Origin: Burkholderiales bacterium
GTDB taxonomy: Bacteria > Pseudomonadota > Gammaproteobacteria > Burkholderiales > Methylophilaceae
Assembly: GCA_030831475.1 (NCBI GenBank)
Contig: JAURKY010000008.1
Location: 110,829-174,828, forward strand
Reading direction: 5' to 3'
DNA length: 64,000 nt
Each line of letters begins with the position of its first letter. Position 1 is the first letter of the stretch. Positions 21,641 through 32,414 of this stretch are shown piece after piece. The notes under the pieces were generated by a model that worked only from the letters and a program-made list of their open reading frames with translations, searched no databases and was not told the DNA's origin. The position numbers and the translations under genes are program-made.

Positions 21641-23182
21641 ATGTGCGGAATATTAGGTATCGTTGCAAATGAGCCTGTAAATCAGATGTTATATGATGGG
21701 CTTTTAGTTCTTCAACATCGTGGTCAAGATGCTGCAGGAATTGTCACAAGCGACGGAAACCGCTTCTACATGCATAAAAATAATGGTCTTGTAAAAGATG
21801 TTTTTCATACAAGACATATGCGCCATTTAGTTGGAAATGCAGGCATTGCTCATGTCAGATACCCAACCGCAGGTTCTTCATCAGCTGCTGAGGCACAACC
21901 CTTTTACGTAAATTCGCCCTTTGGTATAGTTTTGGGCCACAATGGCAACCTTACTAACGCGGATAAGCTCAAGGAGGATATGTTTAAGCAAGATTTAAGG
22001 CATATCAATACTAACTCTGACTCTGAGGTTCTGCTAAATGTATTTGCCCATGCCGTTGAAAAATCCACAAAAAATAATGTTCTTACCTCTGACATCATCT
22101 TTGATGCAGCAACCAGCGTATTTAATCGATGCAGAGGTGCTTATGCTGTGGTCTCAATGATTGCAAACTTTGGCTTACTTGCATTTCGTGATCCTCATGG
22201 GATCAGACCCCTTGTAATAGGTTGCAAAGAAACTGAAACTGGCCCTGAATATGTTATTGCTTCTGAGAGCGTTGCTTTGGATGTGCTGGGATTTAAACTC
22301 CTCAGAGATGTGGAGCCAGGTGAGGCTATCTTCATTGATTTGGATGGTAATTTTTATTCCAAACAATGTGTAAAATCTAAAAAAAGAACCCCCTGTATTT
22401 TTGAATATGTTTACCTTGCAAGACCTGACTCACTCATTGATGGTGTTTCCGTTTATCAAACACGTTTAAATATGGGTAAGACGTTAGCAAAACAAATCGT
22501 TAAAAATTGGGCTAACCACAAAATTGATGTGGTGATACCTATCCCTGATACGAGTAGACCTTGCGCCCAAGAAGTTGCTTTGGCGCTAAAAGCTGATTTT
22601 AGAGAGGGGTTTGTAAAAAATAGATACATTGGAAGAACTTTTATAATGCCGGGGCAGGCGCTCAGAAAAAAATCGGTTAGACAAAAGTTAAACCCAATTA
22701 AGATTGAATTTAAAAATAAAAATGTTTTATTAATTGATGATTCCATTGTTAGAGGGACAACCTCACGTGAGATCGTCCAAATGGCAAGGGATGCGGGAGC
22801 AAAAAAAGTTTATTTGGCTTCAGCCGCTCCTCCAGTGAAATATCCTAACGTCTACGGTATTGATATGCCGACTAGACATGAATTGATTGCACATAACAAG
22901 ACCGAAGACCAAATTAAGCAAGAAATTGGCGCTGATGATTTGATCTATCAAGATCTTGATGACTTAAAAATGACCATTCATCAGGAAAATAAAAACTTAA
23001 AAGAGTTTGATTGCTCATGTTTTGATGGTCAATACGTGACTGATGATGTGAGTGAAATGTATCTAAACAAAATTGAAGCAATTAGATCGGATAAGACTTT
23101 AAGTGATAGACCATCGAATGCCACAACTCAGCTAGATTTAAATTTAATCGATTTCTCTAATGTTGAAGAGGAGCATGCTTAA
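21641..23182 (+). CDS. purF: Amidophosphoribosyltransferase
   Basis: MCG N-terminus, QHRGQDAAG, HNGNL, DDSIVRGTTS. Confidence 0.98.
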   Translation: MCGILGIVANEPVNQMLYDGLLVLQHRGQDAAGIVTSDGNRFYMHKNNGLVKDVFHTRHMRHLVGNAGIAHVRYPTAGSSSAAEAQPFYVNSPFGIVLGHNGNLTNADKLKEDMFKQDLRHINTNSDSEVLLNVFAHAVEKSTKNNVLTSDIIFDAATSVFNRCRGAYAVVSMIANFGLLAFRDPHGIRPLVIGCKETETGPEYVIASESVALDVLGFKLLRDVEPGEAIFIDLDGNFYSKQCVKSKKRTPCIFEYVYLARPDSLIDGVSVYQTRLNMGKTLAKQIVKNWANHKIDVVIPIPDTSRPCAQEVALALKADFREGFVKNRYIGRTFIMPGQALRKKSVRQKLNPIKIEFKNKNVLLIDDSIVRGTTSREIVQMARDAGAKKVYLASAAPPVKYPNVYGIDMPTRHELIAHNKTEDQIKQEIGADDLIYQDLDDLKMTIHQENKNLKEFDCSCFDGQYVTDDVSEMYLNKIEAIRSDKTLSDRPSNATTQLDLNLIDFSNVEEEHA

Positions 23183-23185
23183 AAC

Positions 23186-23213
23186 TTGACCAATTATTCC
23201 AGAGGAGGATAAT
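23186..23213 (+). promoter_or_regulatory. Sigma70 promoter for riboswitch-metZ
   Basis: TTGACC-N16-GATAAT; predicted start about 23220, at the 5' end of the aptamer. Confidence 0.55.
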
Positions 23214-23220
23214 ACAGGTT

Positions 23221-23268
23221 ACGCCGATTTGAATGACAGCTTGCGGGCGTTAAAACAGCTAAAGCGAA
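23221..23268 (+). ncRNA. SAM-II riboswitch aptamer
   Basis: ACGCC-GAUUUG...GCUUGCG-GGCGU-UAAAACA-GCUAAAGCG: P1 (ACGCC/GGCGU) plus the conserved GAUUU, GCUUGC and GCUAAA elements; upstream of a methionine biosynthesis gene. Confidence 0.85.
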
Positions 23269-23271
23269 TAT

Positions 23272-23301
23272 GACCCGTCTAAGCTGTACGGGTTTTTTTT
23301 T
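23272..23301 (+). terminator. Leader terminator (riboswitch expression platform)
   Basis: GACCCGT-CTAAGCTGT-ACGGGTT hairpin plus T run to 23301, 11 nt before the metZ ATG. Confidence 0.8.
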
Positions 23302-23312
23302 GGACTTTTAGG

Positions 23313-24485
23313 ATGAATAAAAAAGATAATAAATTTTCAACCAAAGCAGTAAGGGTAGGTACGATTCGATCTCAGGAACAAGAACATTCCGAGGCTATGT
23401 ATTTGACTTCAAGTTTTGTTTTTAATAGTGCTAGAGAGGCCTCTGAACGTTTTGCAAATCCGGAGAGCGGCAATGTTTATTCAAGATTTACCAATCCTTC
23501 AGTTAAAATGTTTGAGGAGCGATTAGCTGCATTAGAAAATGCCGACAGATGTGTTGCAACATCAACGGGAATGTCGGCCATATTATCTTGTTTTATGGCG
23601 TTGTGCTCAAAGGGAGATCATGTCGTTGTGTCCAAGAGTATTTTTGGTACAACAGTCCAGCTTTTTAATAATATTTTAAAGCGATGGGGGCTTGATATTA
23701 CCTATGTCGATTTATCAAATGAAAATCAATGGGCGGACTCCATTCAAAAAAATACAAAGTTATTTTTTGTAGAAACACCTTCAAATCCATTAAGCGAGCT
23801 ATGTGACATTAATAGTTTGGCAAATTTATCACATAAGCATGGTATTAAATTAATTGTTGATAATTGTTTCTTAACCCCAGCATTACAAAAACCATTGGAT
23901 CTGGGTGCTGATATCATTATCCACTCTGCCACGAAATATCTTGATGGCCAAGGGAGATGTCTTGGCGGCGCTGTTCTTGGTAATAGCAATGATATGAAAG
24001 AGGTTTTTGCATTTCTTCGTTCTGCAGGAACTACCATGAGCCCATTTAATGCCTGGGTATTTTTGAAGGGTCTTGAAACCTTAAAAATTAGAATGGATGC
24101 TCATTCAAGAAATGCTCTTGAACTTGCAACATGGCTCGAATCATTACCTTACATTGAAAAGGTTTTTTACCCAGGTTTAGATTCTCATCCTCAATTTGAG
24201 CTTGCTAAAACTCAGCATAGTGCATCAGGAGGTGTTTTATCGTTTAATATTCAAGGATCAAAAAAAGAGGCTTGGAATTTAATTGACTCAACTAACATGC
24301 TATCAATTACTGCAAATTTAGGTGATGTAAAAACTACCATCACGCATCCGGCTACAACGACTCATTCAAGACTTACTCAAGAGGAAAGAGATGCTGCAAA
24401 TATCGGTGATAACTTGATTCGAATCGCAGTTGGATTGGAGGATATTGAAGATATTAAAGAGGATTTAAAATATCTTTTAAAATAG
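23313..24485 (+). CDS. metZ: O-succinylhomoserine sulfhydrylase
   Basis: EHSEAMYLTSSFVF, YSRFTNP, HSATKYLDGQGR, ANLGDVKTTITHPATTTH; follows purF as in other proteobacteria. Confidence 0.93.
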   Translation: MNKKDNKFSTKAVRVGTIRSQEQEHSEAMYLTSSFVFNSAREASERFANPESGNVYSRFTNPSVKMFEERLAALENADRCVATSTGMSAILSCFMALCSKGDHVVVSKSIFGTTVQLFNNILKRWGLDITYVDLSNENQWADSIQKNTKLFFVETPSNPLSELCDINSLANLSHKHGIKLIVDNCFLTPALQKPLDLGADIIIHSATKYLDGQGRCLGGAVLGNSNDMKEVFAFLRSAGTTMSPFNAWVFLKGLETLKIRMDAHSRNALELATWLESLPYIEKVFYPGLDSHPQFELAKTQHSASGGVLSFNIQGSKKEAWNLIDSTNMLSITANLGDVKTTITHPATTTHSRLTQEERDAANIGDNLIRIAVGLEDIEDIKEDLKYLLK

Positions 24486-24569
24486 GTTTTAATACCTAAA
24501 ATACCTCCCAATACATGCTAAAATCAAGCTATAAAATCGCATTTAAACTTAGCTTGAAAAGAATAAAAT

Positions 24570-27137
24570 ATGGATGTATTTGCCAAAGAAACGATCCCTG
24601 TAAGCCTCGAAGATGAAATGAAGAAATCCTACCTTGATTATGCTATGAGCGTAATTGTAGGTAGGGCGCTTCCCGATGTAAGAGATGGATTAAAACCTGT
24701 GCATAGAAGGGTTTTATATGCCATGCATGAATTAAGTAACAGTTATAACCGACCATATAAAAAATCAGCAAGAATTGTTGGTGATGTGATTGGTAAATAT
24801 CACCCCCATGGTGATACAGCTGCGTACGATACGATTGTCAGGATGGCTCAGGATTTTAGCTTAAGGTATATGTTGGTAGACGGGCAAGGTAATTTTGGCT
24901 CTGTCGATGGCGATAATGCTGCTGCAATGCGATATACCGAAATTAGAATGTCAAAAATCTCTCACGAGATGCTAGCTGATATTGACAAAGAGACGGTTGA
25001 TTTTGGACCTAATTATGATGGTTCTGAATCTGAACCATTGATCATGCCAACTAAAATACCAAATCTTCTAATTAATGGAAGCTCTGGTATTGCTGTAGGT
25101 ATGGCAACTAATATTCCTCCGCATAATTTAAGGGAAGTCATTAATGGGCTTCAAGCACTTCTCAAAAATCCTGAACTATCGATTGATGATCTTATAGAGC
25201 ATATCCCAGGTCCAGATTTTCCAACCGCGGGAATTATTCATGGCATTTCAGGTGTGAGGGAAGGTTACCGTACTGGTCGAGGTAGAGTAGTTATGAGAGG
25301 TAAAACTCATGTTGAGCCTTTAGAGAGGGGAAATCGTGAAGCCATTATTGTTGACGAGTTACCTTACCAGGTTAATAAGCGAACATTCATAGAAAAAATT
25401 GCTGAATTAGTCGGAGATAAAAAAATCGATGGTATATCTGATTTAAGGGATGAGTCAGATAAGAAGGGTATGCGTGTTGTCATAGAGCTAAAAAAAGGTG
25501 AAATACCTGATGTGGTTCTAAATAATTTATACAAGCAAACTCAATTGCAAGATAGCTTTGGTATGAATATGGTTGCGTTAATCGATGGGCAGCCTAAGCT
25601 TTTAAACCTCCAGCAAATTCTAGAGGCATTTCTTAAGCACCGAAGAGAAGTTATTACACGCAGAACCACATTTGAGCTCAAAAAAGCTCGCGATAGAGGA
25701 CATGTATTAGAAGGCCTTGCCGTTGCGTTGGCGAATGTTGATGAGATGATCAAAATTATCAAAGCTGCTGCAACCCCGCCTGAGGCCAAAGAGGAGTTGA
25801 TGAAACGTGAATGGAAATCTCCAGTGGTTGAGGAGATGCTCAAAAAATCCTCTGAAGATCTATCAAAACCAGAGGGTCTGTTAGAGATATATGGCCTTAA
25901 AAGCAATGGCTATAAACTCTCTGATGTCCAAGCCCAGGAGATCTTGCAACTAAGGCTGCAAAGATTAACAGGCCTTGAGCAAGAAAAAATTGTCAATGAG
26001 TACCATGAAATCATGGACTTAATTATTGACCTTTTAGATATTTTAGCTAAATCAGAAAGGGTGACATCAATTATTAGCCAAGAGCTCGATGATATTCAAA
26101 AAGAATACGGTGATAAAAGAAGAAGTGAGATAGTGGTTGATGCTCAAGATTTATCGATTGAGGATCTTATTGCACCTCAAGATATGGTGGTCACACTATC
26201 CAATACTGGCTATATCAAAGCACAAGTCTTAGATGACTACCGTGCCCAAAAAAGAGGGGGTCGAGGTAAACAAGCCATGACGACCAAAGAAGATGACTTC
26301 ATTGAAAAAATGTTTGTTGCCAATTCTCATGACAACATACTATGTTTTTCTAGTCGTGGACAAGTCTATTGGCTTAAAGTATATGAGGTTCCTCAGGGTA
26401 GCCGAGTGAGTCGAGGAAAGCCAATCGTAAATTTATTCCCATTAATGCCTGGTGAAAAAATTAATGCAATCTTAGCGGTCAAAGATTTTGTAGATGATCA
26501 ATTTATCTTTATGGCTACCTCAAAAGGTACAGTTAAAAAGACACCACTTTCCGATTTTTCTAACCCAAGAAAATCAGGAATCATTGCAATCAAGTTGGAT
26601 AATGGCGATTATCTTATCGGGGCTGGAGTTACCAATGGCGAACAAGACATTGTACTCGTTTCAGACGGTGGAAAAGCGGTCTGGTTTGATGAAAATGATG
26701 TAAGGAGTATGGGTAGAAATGCGCGTGGTGTAAGAGGTATGAAGCTCACAGATAATCATCAAGTACTTTCTTTACTTATAGCATCATCAGATACTGAGTC
26801 GGTTTTAGTAGCTACAGAAAACGGTTTTGGTAAGCGAACTGTTCTTTCAGAATTTAGAAGGTCGGGTAGAGGCACTCAAGGTGTGAAAGCCATTCAGGTG
26901 AGTGATCGTAATGGGGTTGTTGTAGCTGCTAAGCTTGTTGGGGATAATGATGAAATTATGTTGATCACCACAGGTGGCGTTTTGATCAGAACTCGCGTGA
27001 GTGAAATTAGAGAGCTTGGGCGAGCAACCCAAGGCGTAACCCTCATCCATCTTACAAAAGATGAAAAACTTTCTGGTTTAGAAAAAATAGTCGAATCAGA
27101 ACATTTAGAAAGTGATCAAGATGAGCTGCCGGTATAA
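24570..27137 (+). CDS. gyrA: DNA gyrase subunit A
   Basis: [16 protein letters not shown], GyrA-box QKRGGRG, C-terminal pinwheel repeats. Confidence 0.99.
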   Translation: MDVFAKETIPVSLEDEMKKSYLDYAMSVIVGRALPDVRDGLKPVHRRVLYAMHELSNSYNRPYKKSARIVGDVIGKYHPHGDTAAYDTIVRMAQDFSLRYMLVDGQGNFGSVDGDNAAAMRYTEIRMSKISHEMLADIDKETVDFGPNYDGSESEPLIMPTKIPNLLINGSSGIAVGMATNIPPHNLREVINGLQALLKNPELSIDDLIEHIPGPDFPTAGIIHGISGVREGYRTGRGRVVMRGKTHVEPLERGNREAIIVDELPYQVNKRTFIEKIAELVGDKKIDGISDLRDESDKKGMRVVIELKKGEIPDVVLNNLYKQTQLQDSFGMNMVALIDGQPKLLNLQQILEAFLKHRREVITRRTTFELKKARDRGHVLEGLAVALANVDEMIKIIKAAATPPEAKEELMKREWKSPVVEEMLKKSSEDLSKPEGLLEIYGLKSNGYKLSDVQAQEILQLRLQRLTGLEQEKIVNEYHEIMDLIIDLLDILAKSERVTSIISQELDDIQKEYGDKRRSEIVVDAQDLSIEDLIAPQDMVVTLSNTGYIKAQVLDDYRAQKRGGRGKQAMTTKEDDFIEKMFVANSHDNILCFSSRGQVYWLKVYEVPQGSRVSRGKPIVNLFPLMPGEKINAILAVKDFVDDQFIFMATSKGTVKKTPLSDFSNPRKSGIIAIKLDNGDYLIGAGVTNGEQDIVLVSDGGKAVWFDENDVRSMGRNARGVRGMKLTDNHQVLSLLIASSDTESVLVATENGFGKRTVLSEFRRSGRGTQGVKAIQVSDRNGVVVAAKLVGDNDEIMLITTGGVLIRTRVSEIRELGRATQGVTLIHLTKDEKLSGLEKIVESEHLESDQDELPV

Positions 27138-28200
27138 CTTTTCTGCGGGTCCAGCTATTCTTCCAAAAGAGGTTTTAGAGCAGGTTCAATCTGAACTTAT
27201 TGATTGGCATGGTACTGGAATGTCTGTTATTGAAATGTCTCATCGCGGCAAACAATACCTTCCTATTCTTGATGAAGCTGAAAATGATCTCAGAAATATA
27301 TTTAGTATTCCAAAAAACTATAAAGTTTTATTTCTTCAGGGCGGGGCGATCACCCAAAACTTTATGGTGCCTATGAATCTTTTAGCGGGTAGATCAGCAT
27401 CTTACGTCGCCTCTGGATACTGGTCTAAAAGAACCTACAATGATGCGCAGCCTTTTGAGAATATTCACTTAGCTGCATCATCAGAATCTATAGATTTTAT
27501 AAAAGCCCCTGATGCATCTGAATGGAAGTACTCCACTAGTGATGCCTATGTACATTTTTGTATGAATGAAACCATTCATGGTGTTGAGTATTTTGATGTA
27601 CCCGAAAGTATCAAGGTACCCTTAGTATGTGATATGTCATCCAATATTCTCTCAAGACCTATGGACATTGATAAGTTTGGGGTAATTTATGCGGGAGCGC
27701 AAAAGAATATTGGCCCTGCTGGATTGACTTTGTTGATTGTCAGGGACGATTTAATTGATTTTGCAGATAAAAAAACTCCTACAACCTTTAATTGGAAAAT
27801 CCAGTCTGATAATAAATCAATGATTAATACACCCTCAACATTTAGCATCTATGTTGCCGGCTTAGTATTTAAGTGGATTGAGAAGAATGGCGGTCTTAAG
27901 ATGATTGAGAAGAAAAATATTGAAAAGGCAGATTATCTTTATAAATATATTGATTCATCAAGTTTTTATTACAATAATATTGATAAAAACAATCGATCCA
28001 GAATGAATGTGCCATTCAGGATTCATGACGATGAATTAACCATGAAATTTGTTGCTGAGGCAGAAGAACAGGGCCTTTATCAGCTCAAAGGCCATCGTCT
28101 TGTGGGCGGTTTGAGAGCTTCAATATATAACGCTATGCCGATGGAGGGTATTGAAGCGCTAGTTGAATTTATGGAAATTTTTGAAAAAAAATACCAATGA
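27121..28200 (+). CDS. serC: Phosphoserine aminotransferase
   Basis: [36 protein letters not shown] 27121 preferred. Confidence 0.97.
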   Translation: MSCRYNFSAGPAILPKEVLEQVQSELIDWHGTGMSVIEMSHRGKQYLPILDEAENDLRNIFSIPKNYKVLFLQGGAITQNFMVPMNLLAGRSASYVASGYWSKRTYNDAQPFENIHLAASSESIDFIKAPDASEWKYSTSDAYVHFCMNETIHGVEYFDVPESIKVPLVCDMSSNILSRPMDIDKFGVIYAGAQKNIGPAGLTLLIVRDDLIDFADKKTPTTFNWKIQSDNKSMINTPSTFSIYVAGLVFKWIEKNGGLKMIEKKNIEKADYLYKYIDSSSFYYNNIDKNNRSRMNVPFRIHDDELTMKFVAEAEEQGLYQLKGHRLVGGLRASIYNAMPMEGIEALVEFMEIFEKKYQ

Positions 28201-29267
28201 AAAAAAATTTAAATCAAATTAGAAAAGAAATAGATAGGCTTGACGAACACATTCTTAAACTTGTCTCAGAGCGAGGTAATCTTGCCAAAGAGGTTGGTAA
28301 ACTTAAAAGTGACGGCATCATCTACAAGCCTGATCGTGAAGCTAGCCTAATTGCACGTTTAAAAAAGATCAATCAAGGACCTTTATCCCACCAAAGTGTT
28401 GCAAATATATTTAAATCTATTATCTCTAATTGCCGTGCGCTAGAAAAAAAGCTCAGTGTTGCATTTCTCGGACCTCTGGGTACTTTCAGTGAAGAGGCCA
28501 CTATAAAACATTTTGGAGAAAATATCGACGCAATCCCTACCAACAGTATTGATGAGGTCTTTACTCAAGTTCAATCTGATATAGCTCATTATGGTGTGGT
28601 ACCCGTTGAAAATTCTACAGAGGGGGCTATCAGCCGCACGCTTGATTTATTATTAACGAAAGACCTTAATATTTGCGGTGAAATTATTTTACCCGTTCAT
28701 CATTGCCTTATTTCTAAAAATAAATCACTTACCCAAATTAAAAAAGTTTACGCACACGGACAATCGTTGGCCCAATGCCACGATTGGATCATGAATAATT
28801 TACCTAACGTCGACAAAATTGCAGTGATGAGCAATGCAGATGGCGCAAAACATGCAGCGAAAGAAAACAATTCTGCAGCGATTGCGAGCATCAAGGCTGC
28901 TGATCTTTATAAACTTAACATTTTGCATGAAAATATTGAGGATGATAGCCGCAATTCAACGAGGTTTCTTGTCTTATCAAAACAAGATATCGGTATCAGC
29001 GGGAATGATAAAACTTCCATTGTCGTAGCCACTAAAAATAAACCAGGTGCCATTGCCGATTTAGTAGAGCCCTTTGCCAAAAATAAGGTAAGTATGACTA
29101 AGCTAGAATCTAGGCCAGCTAAAATTGGCATGTGGGAATATGTTTTCTTTATCGATTTGGAAGGGCATCTAAGAGATAAGAAAGTAAAAACATCATTGCA
29201 ACAAATTGAATCACGAGCCTCATTCATTAAGGTTTTAGGCTCTTATCCTGCCAGCAATGATAAATAA
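28197..29267 (+). CDS. pheA: Chorismate mutase/prephenate dehydratase (P-protein)
   Basis: N-terminal CM domain, PVENSTEG, TRFLV, ACT domain with ESRP. Confidence 0.96.
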   Translation: MKKNLNQIRKEIDRLDEHILKLVSERGNLAKEVGKLKSDGIIYKPDREASLIARLKKINQGPLSHQSVANIFKSIISNCRALEKKLSVAFLGPLGTFSEEATIKHFGENIDAIPTNSIDEVFTQVQSDIAHYGVVPVENSTEGAISRTLDLLLTKDLNICGEIILPVHHCLISKNKSLTQIKKVYAHGQSLAQCHDWIMNNLPNVDKIAVMSNADGAKHAAKENNSAAIASIKAADLYKLNILHENIEDDSRNSTRFLVLSKQDIGISGNDKTSIVVATKNKPGAIADLVEPFAKNKVSMTKLESRPAKIGMWEYVFFIDLEGHLRDKKVKTSLQQIESRASFIKVLGSYPASNDK

Positions 29268-30375
29268 TATTTCTGTTCCAAAATACATCCATGAAATTGA
29301 ACCCTATCAAGGGGGGAGACCGATTAAGGAAGTTGCTCGTGAATTAAATCTCGACGAAAGTAAAATTATCAAGCTAGCCTCTAATGAGAACCCTATCGGC
29401 ATTAGCCCCCTTGCTAAAGAGGCAGTATTAAATGCGATGGATGATGCAGAGCGTTATCCAGATGGCAATGGCTTTTACCTTAAACAAAAAATTGCCTCTA
29501 CTTTTAAGCTTGATGAGCGACAAATCATTCTTGGTAACGGTTCAAATGATATCCTTGAGCTTGTCACTAGAACCTTCTTGACTTCTGGTGATGAGGCTAT
29601 TTATTCAGAGCATGCATTTGCAGTTTATCCTCTCGTTGTAAAAGCAGTTGGAGCCAATGGTATTGAAGTTCAAGCTAAAAATTATGCGCATGACCTTGAA
29701 GGATTTTTAAAAAATATCAATGCTAAGACAAAAATTATTTTTATTGCTAATCCAAATAATCCCACTGGAACGTTGATTAAAAAATCAAAGTTGAGAGAAT
29801 TTTTATCTCTGGTGCCAAAAAATGTCATTGTTATTTTAGATGAAGCTTATGATGAGTATTTGTCTGACAATGATAAATCAGAGGCATTTTCATGGTCAAA
29901 AGAATTTCATAACCTTATTATTTCAAGAAGTTTTTCAAAAGCTTATGGATTAGCTGGATTACGTGTAGGTTATGGTGTTGGACATTCATCGATCATTGAG
30001 TTAATGAATAGGATTAGGCAACCCTTTAACGTCAATCATTTAGCCCAAATTGCTGCCATAGCCTCACTTGATGATCATGAATTCATTAAGCTTAGTCAAA
30101 AAATTAATAATGAGGGCATGACCCAGATTATCAATGGCTTTAAGGAACTTGGCTTTAACTACATCGAGTCTTATGGAAATTTTATTAGCTTTAAACTTAA
30201 AGACGAAAGTGTTGCAATGATGTATTATCACGAATTACTCAAAAATGGTGTGATTGTCAGACCAATCGCCAATTACAAATTACCTCATTTTTTAAGAGTC
30301 AGTATTGGTCTTGAAAATGAGAATAAGATATTTTTAGAAACGTTAAGAAAAATTAGTGAAATAGAAACCGTATGA
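29257..30375 (+). CDS. hisC: Histidinol-phosphate/aromatic aminotransferase
   Basis: KLASNENP, NPNNPTG, DEAY, SFSKAYGLAGLRVG. Confidence 0.94.
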   Translation: MINNISVPKYIHEIEPYQGGRPIKEVARELNLDESKIIKLASNENPIGISPLAKEAVLNAMDDAERYPDGNGFYLKQKIASTFKLDERQIILGNGSNDILELVTRTFLTSGDEAIYSEHAFAVYPLVVKAVGANGIEVQAKNYAHDLEGFLKNINAKTKIIFIANPNNPTGTLIKKSKLREFLSLVPKNVIVILDEAYDEYLSDNDKSEAFSWSKEFHNLIISRSFSKAYGLAGLRVGYGVGHSSIIELMNRIRQPFNVNHLAQIAAIASLDDHEFIKLSQKINNEGMTQIINGFKELGFNYIESYGNFISFKLKDESVAMMYYHELLKNGVIVRPIANYKLPHFLRVSIGLENENKIFLETLRKISEIETV

Positions 30376-31394
30376 TTATTGTAATGAACAAATCTGCAAC
30401 ACAAGATCAAATTGATAATGTGTTAGATCGTATCAAGGATAAAGGTCTTGAGGCTTCTGTATCTAAGGGCATTGAAAAGACAGTCATAGGTGCTATCGGT
30501 GATGAGCGCCTCCTTGACGAAGAGCTATTAGCCTCACTTCCAGGCGTCGAGCAAGCCCTACATATTGTTAAGCCATACAAAATTGTGGCTCGTGAGTGGC
30601 ATGAGCAAGATTCTGTTATTAACATTTCAGGTCATCCGATTGGTGGAAAAGATATTCAAATTATTTCTGGCCCATGCTCTGTCGAGACTCCTGACCAAAT
30701 GCAAAAGTCTGCCAAGGCAGTCAAGGCAGCAGGCGTAAAACTCATGCGTGGAGGTGCCTTTAAGCCAAGAACAAGTCCTTATACCTTTCAAGGTGTAGGC
30801 TTTGAGGGTCTTGAAATGTTTAGAGAGGCTGCGGACGCCGAGGGTTTACCCATAGTAACGGAGTTACTTGATGTAAGACATTTAGATAAATTCTTAGAAA
30901 AAAAAGTAGACGTTATTCAGATTGGTACACGCAGCATGCAAAATTTCGAATTACTTCGCGAAGTGGGCAAGATAAACGTCCCTGTGATCCTTAAGCGTGG
31001 AATGTCGGCAACGATTTCGGAATGGCTAATGGCAGCTGAATACATCGCATCCGGAGGAAATCATAATATTATTTTCTGCGAAAGGGGCATTAGGACATTT
31101 GAAACCTATTACCGAAATGTATTGGACGTCACAGCAATTCCGGTTCTTAAGAAGGAAACTCACCTTCCCGTGATTATTGACCCGTCGCATGCCGGAGGTA
31201 AGGCCTGGATGGTGGCTGCTTTATCAAGAGCAGGTATCGCTGCAGGTGCTGATGGTCTTTTAGTCGAAATGCATCCTAATCCATGTGAGGCTTGGTGTGA
31301 TGCTGATCAAGCTATTAATCCTGATGAACTCAAGCAGTTAATGTCTGAATTAACATCCATTGCGCAAATTTTAGGAAGAAATATCGGTCGTTAA
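30372..31394 (+). CDS. aroF: DAHP synthase type I-beta with N-terminal regulatory domain
   Basis: GPCSVE, GGAFKPRTSPY, LKRG, CERGIRTFE, DPSHA. Confidence 0.93.
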   Translation: MIIVMNKSATQDQIDNVLDRIKDKGLEASVSKGIEKTVIGAIGDERLLDEELLASLPGVEQALHIVKPYKIVAREWHEQDSVINISGHPIGGKDIQIISGPCSVETPDQMQKSAKAVKAAGVKLMRGGAFKPRTSPYTFQGVGFEGLEMFREAADAEGLPIVTELLDVRHLDKFLEKKVDVIQIGTRSMQNFELLREVGKINVPVILKRGMSATISEWLMAAEYIASGGNHNIIFCERGIRTFETYYRNVLDVTAIPVLKKETHLPVIIDPSHAGGKAWMVAALSRAGIAAGADGLLVEMHPNPCEAWCDADQAINPDELKQLMSELTSIAQILGRNIGR

Positions 31395-31419
31395 CTCATG
31401 GTAATCATGAGTTTTTTTT
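31393..31419 (+). terminator. Intrinsic terminator ending gyrA-aroF
   Basis: AACTCATG-GTAAT-CATGAGTT plus T run. Confidence 0.75.
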
Positions 31420-31427
31420 GAGATCTT

Positions 31428-31456
31428 TTGCACTGTCTCATTATGTTGACATAATG
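31428..31456 (+). promoter_or_regulatory. pqqB promoter with overlapping palindrome
   Basis: TTGCAC-N16-CATAAT; CATTATGT-TG-ACATAATG (31439-31456) covers the -10. Confidence 0.55.
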
Positions 31457-31489
31457 CATCATTCAACCTTTCAAAAATTTAGGTGATTT

Positions 31490-32404
31490 ATGCATATTAG
31501 GGTATTAGGTTCGGGTGCTGGTGGCGGTTTTCCACAGTGGAATTGTAATTGTGAGAATTGCAAAGGATTAAGAACCCACTCAATTAAATCTTCTGCGAGA
31601 AACCAATCCTCAATAACTGTTAGTTCTAATGGCGAAGATTGGATTTTGTTTAACGCATCACCTGATATTCGCGCACAAATTGAATCATTTCCCCCGCTTC
31701 AGCCCGCAAGAAAAATAAGAGATACTGGTATTGCATCCATTATCCTTTGCGATGGACAAATTGATCATACAACAGGTTTATTAATCTTAAGGGAGCACGA
31801 TAAGCCATGGGATATATATTGTACTCAGTCTGTTTATGAGGACATGACCACTGGTTTCCCTATTTTTAATATTTTAGGTCACTTTAGAGGTATTAATTGG
31901 CATGAAGTTAAAACGGATCAGGATCCCTTTGAAATTCCTAAGGCAGATGATTTAGTTTTTACAGCTGTTCCGCTTAAGAGTGAAGCGCCACCATACTCAC
32001 CTCACCGTCATAATACTGTCCCAGGTGACAATGTGGGTTATCGTGTCGAGGACAAAAAAACAGGTAAAAATTTATTTTACGCTCCCGGTTTAGGTATTAT
32101 TGAAGATCATGTTTTAGAGTACATGAGAGATGCTGATGTCATCCTAGTGGATGGTACCGTTTGGACCAATGATGAGATGTCACGTCATGGGATTAATGAC
32201 AAATTAGCAAGCGAGATGGGTCACCTTGACCAATCAAGTAAGGGCGGCATTATGGAGACGCTCAGCTCCCTCGATAAACCAAGAAAAATTTTGATTCATA
32301 TCAATAATACAAATCCTATCTTAAGAGAAGATTCGCCCGAGAGAAAAATGTTAAACGACCATAACATTGAAGTTGCATTTGATGGTATGGATATCATAAT
32401 TTAG
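31490..32404 (+). CDS. pqqB: PQQ biosynthesis protein B
   Basis: [35 protein letters not shown]. Confidence 0.98.
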   Translation: MHIRVLGSGAGGGFPQWNCNCENCKGLRTHSIKSSARNQSSITVSSNGEDWILFNASPDIRAQIESFPPLQPARKIRDTGIASIILCDGQIDHTTGLLILREHDKPWDIYCTQSVYEDMTTGFPIFNILGHFRGINWHEVKTDQDPFEIPKADDLVFTAVPLKSEAPPYSPHRHNTVPGDNVGYRVEDKKTGKNLFYAPGLGIIEDHVLEYMRDADVILVDGTVWTNDEMSRHGINDKLASEMGHLDQSSKGGIMETLSSLDKPRKILIHINNTNPILREDSPERKMLNDHNIEVAFDGMDIII

Positions 32405-32414
32405 AGGTAATAAA

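Noticed and set aside
31395-31489. Possible pqqA in the spacer before pqqB
   Set aside because: No ORF with the ExxxY core; the space is taken by terminator, promoter and RBS.
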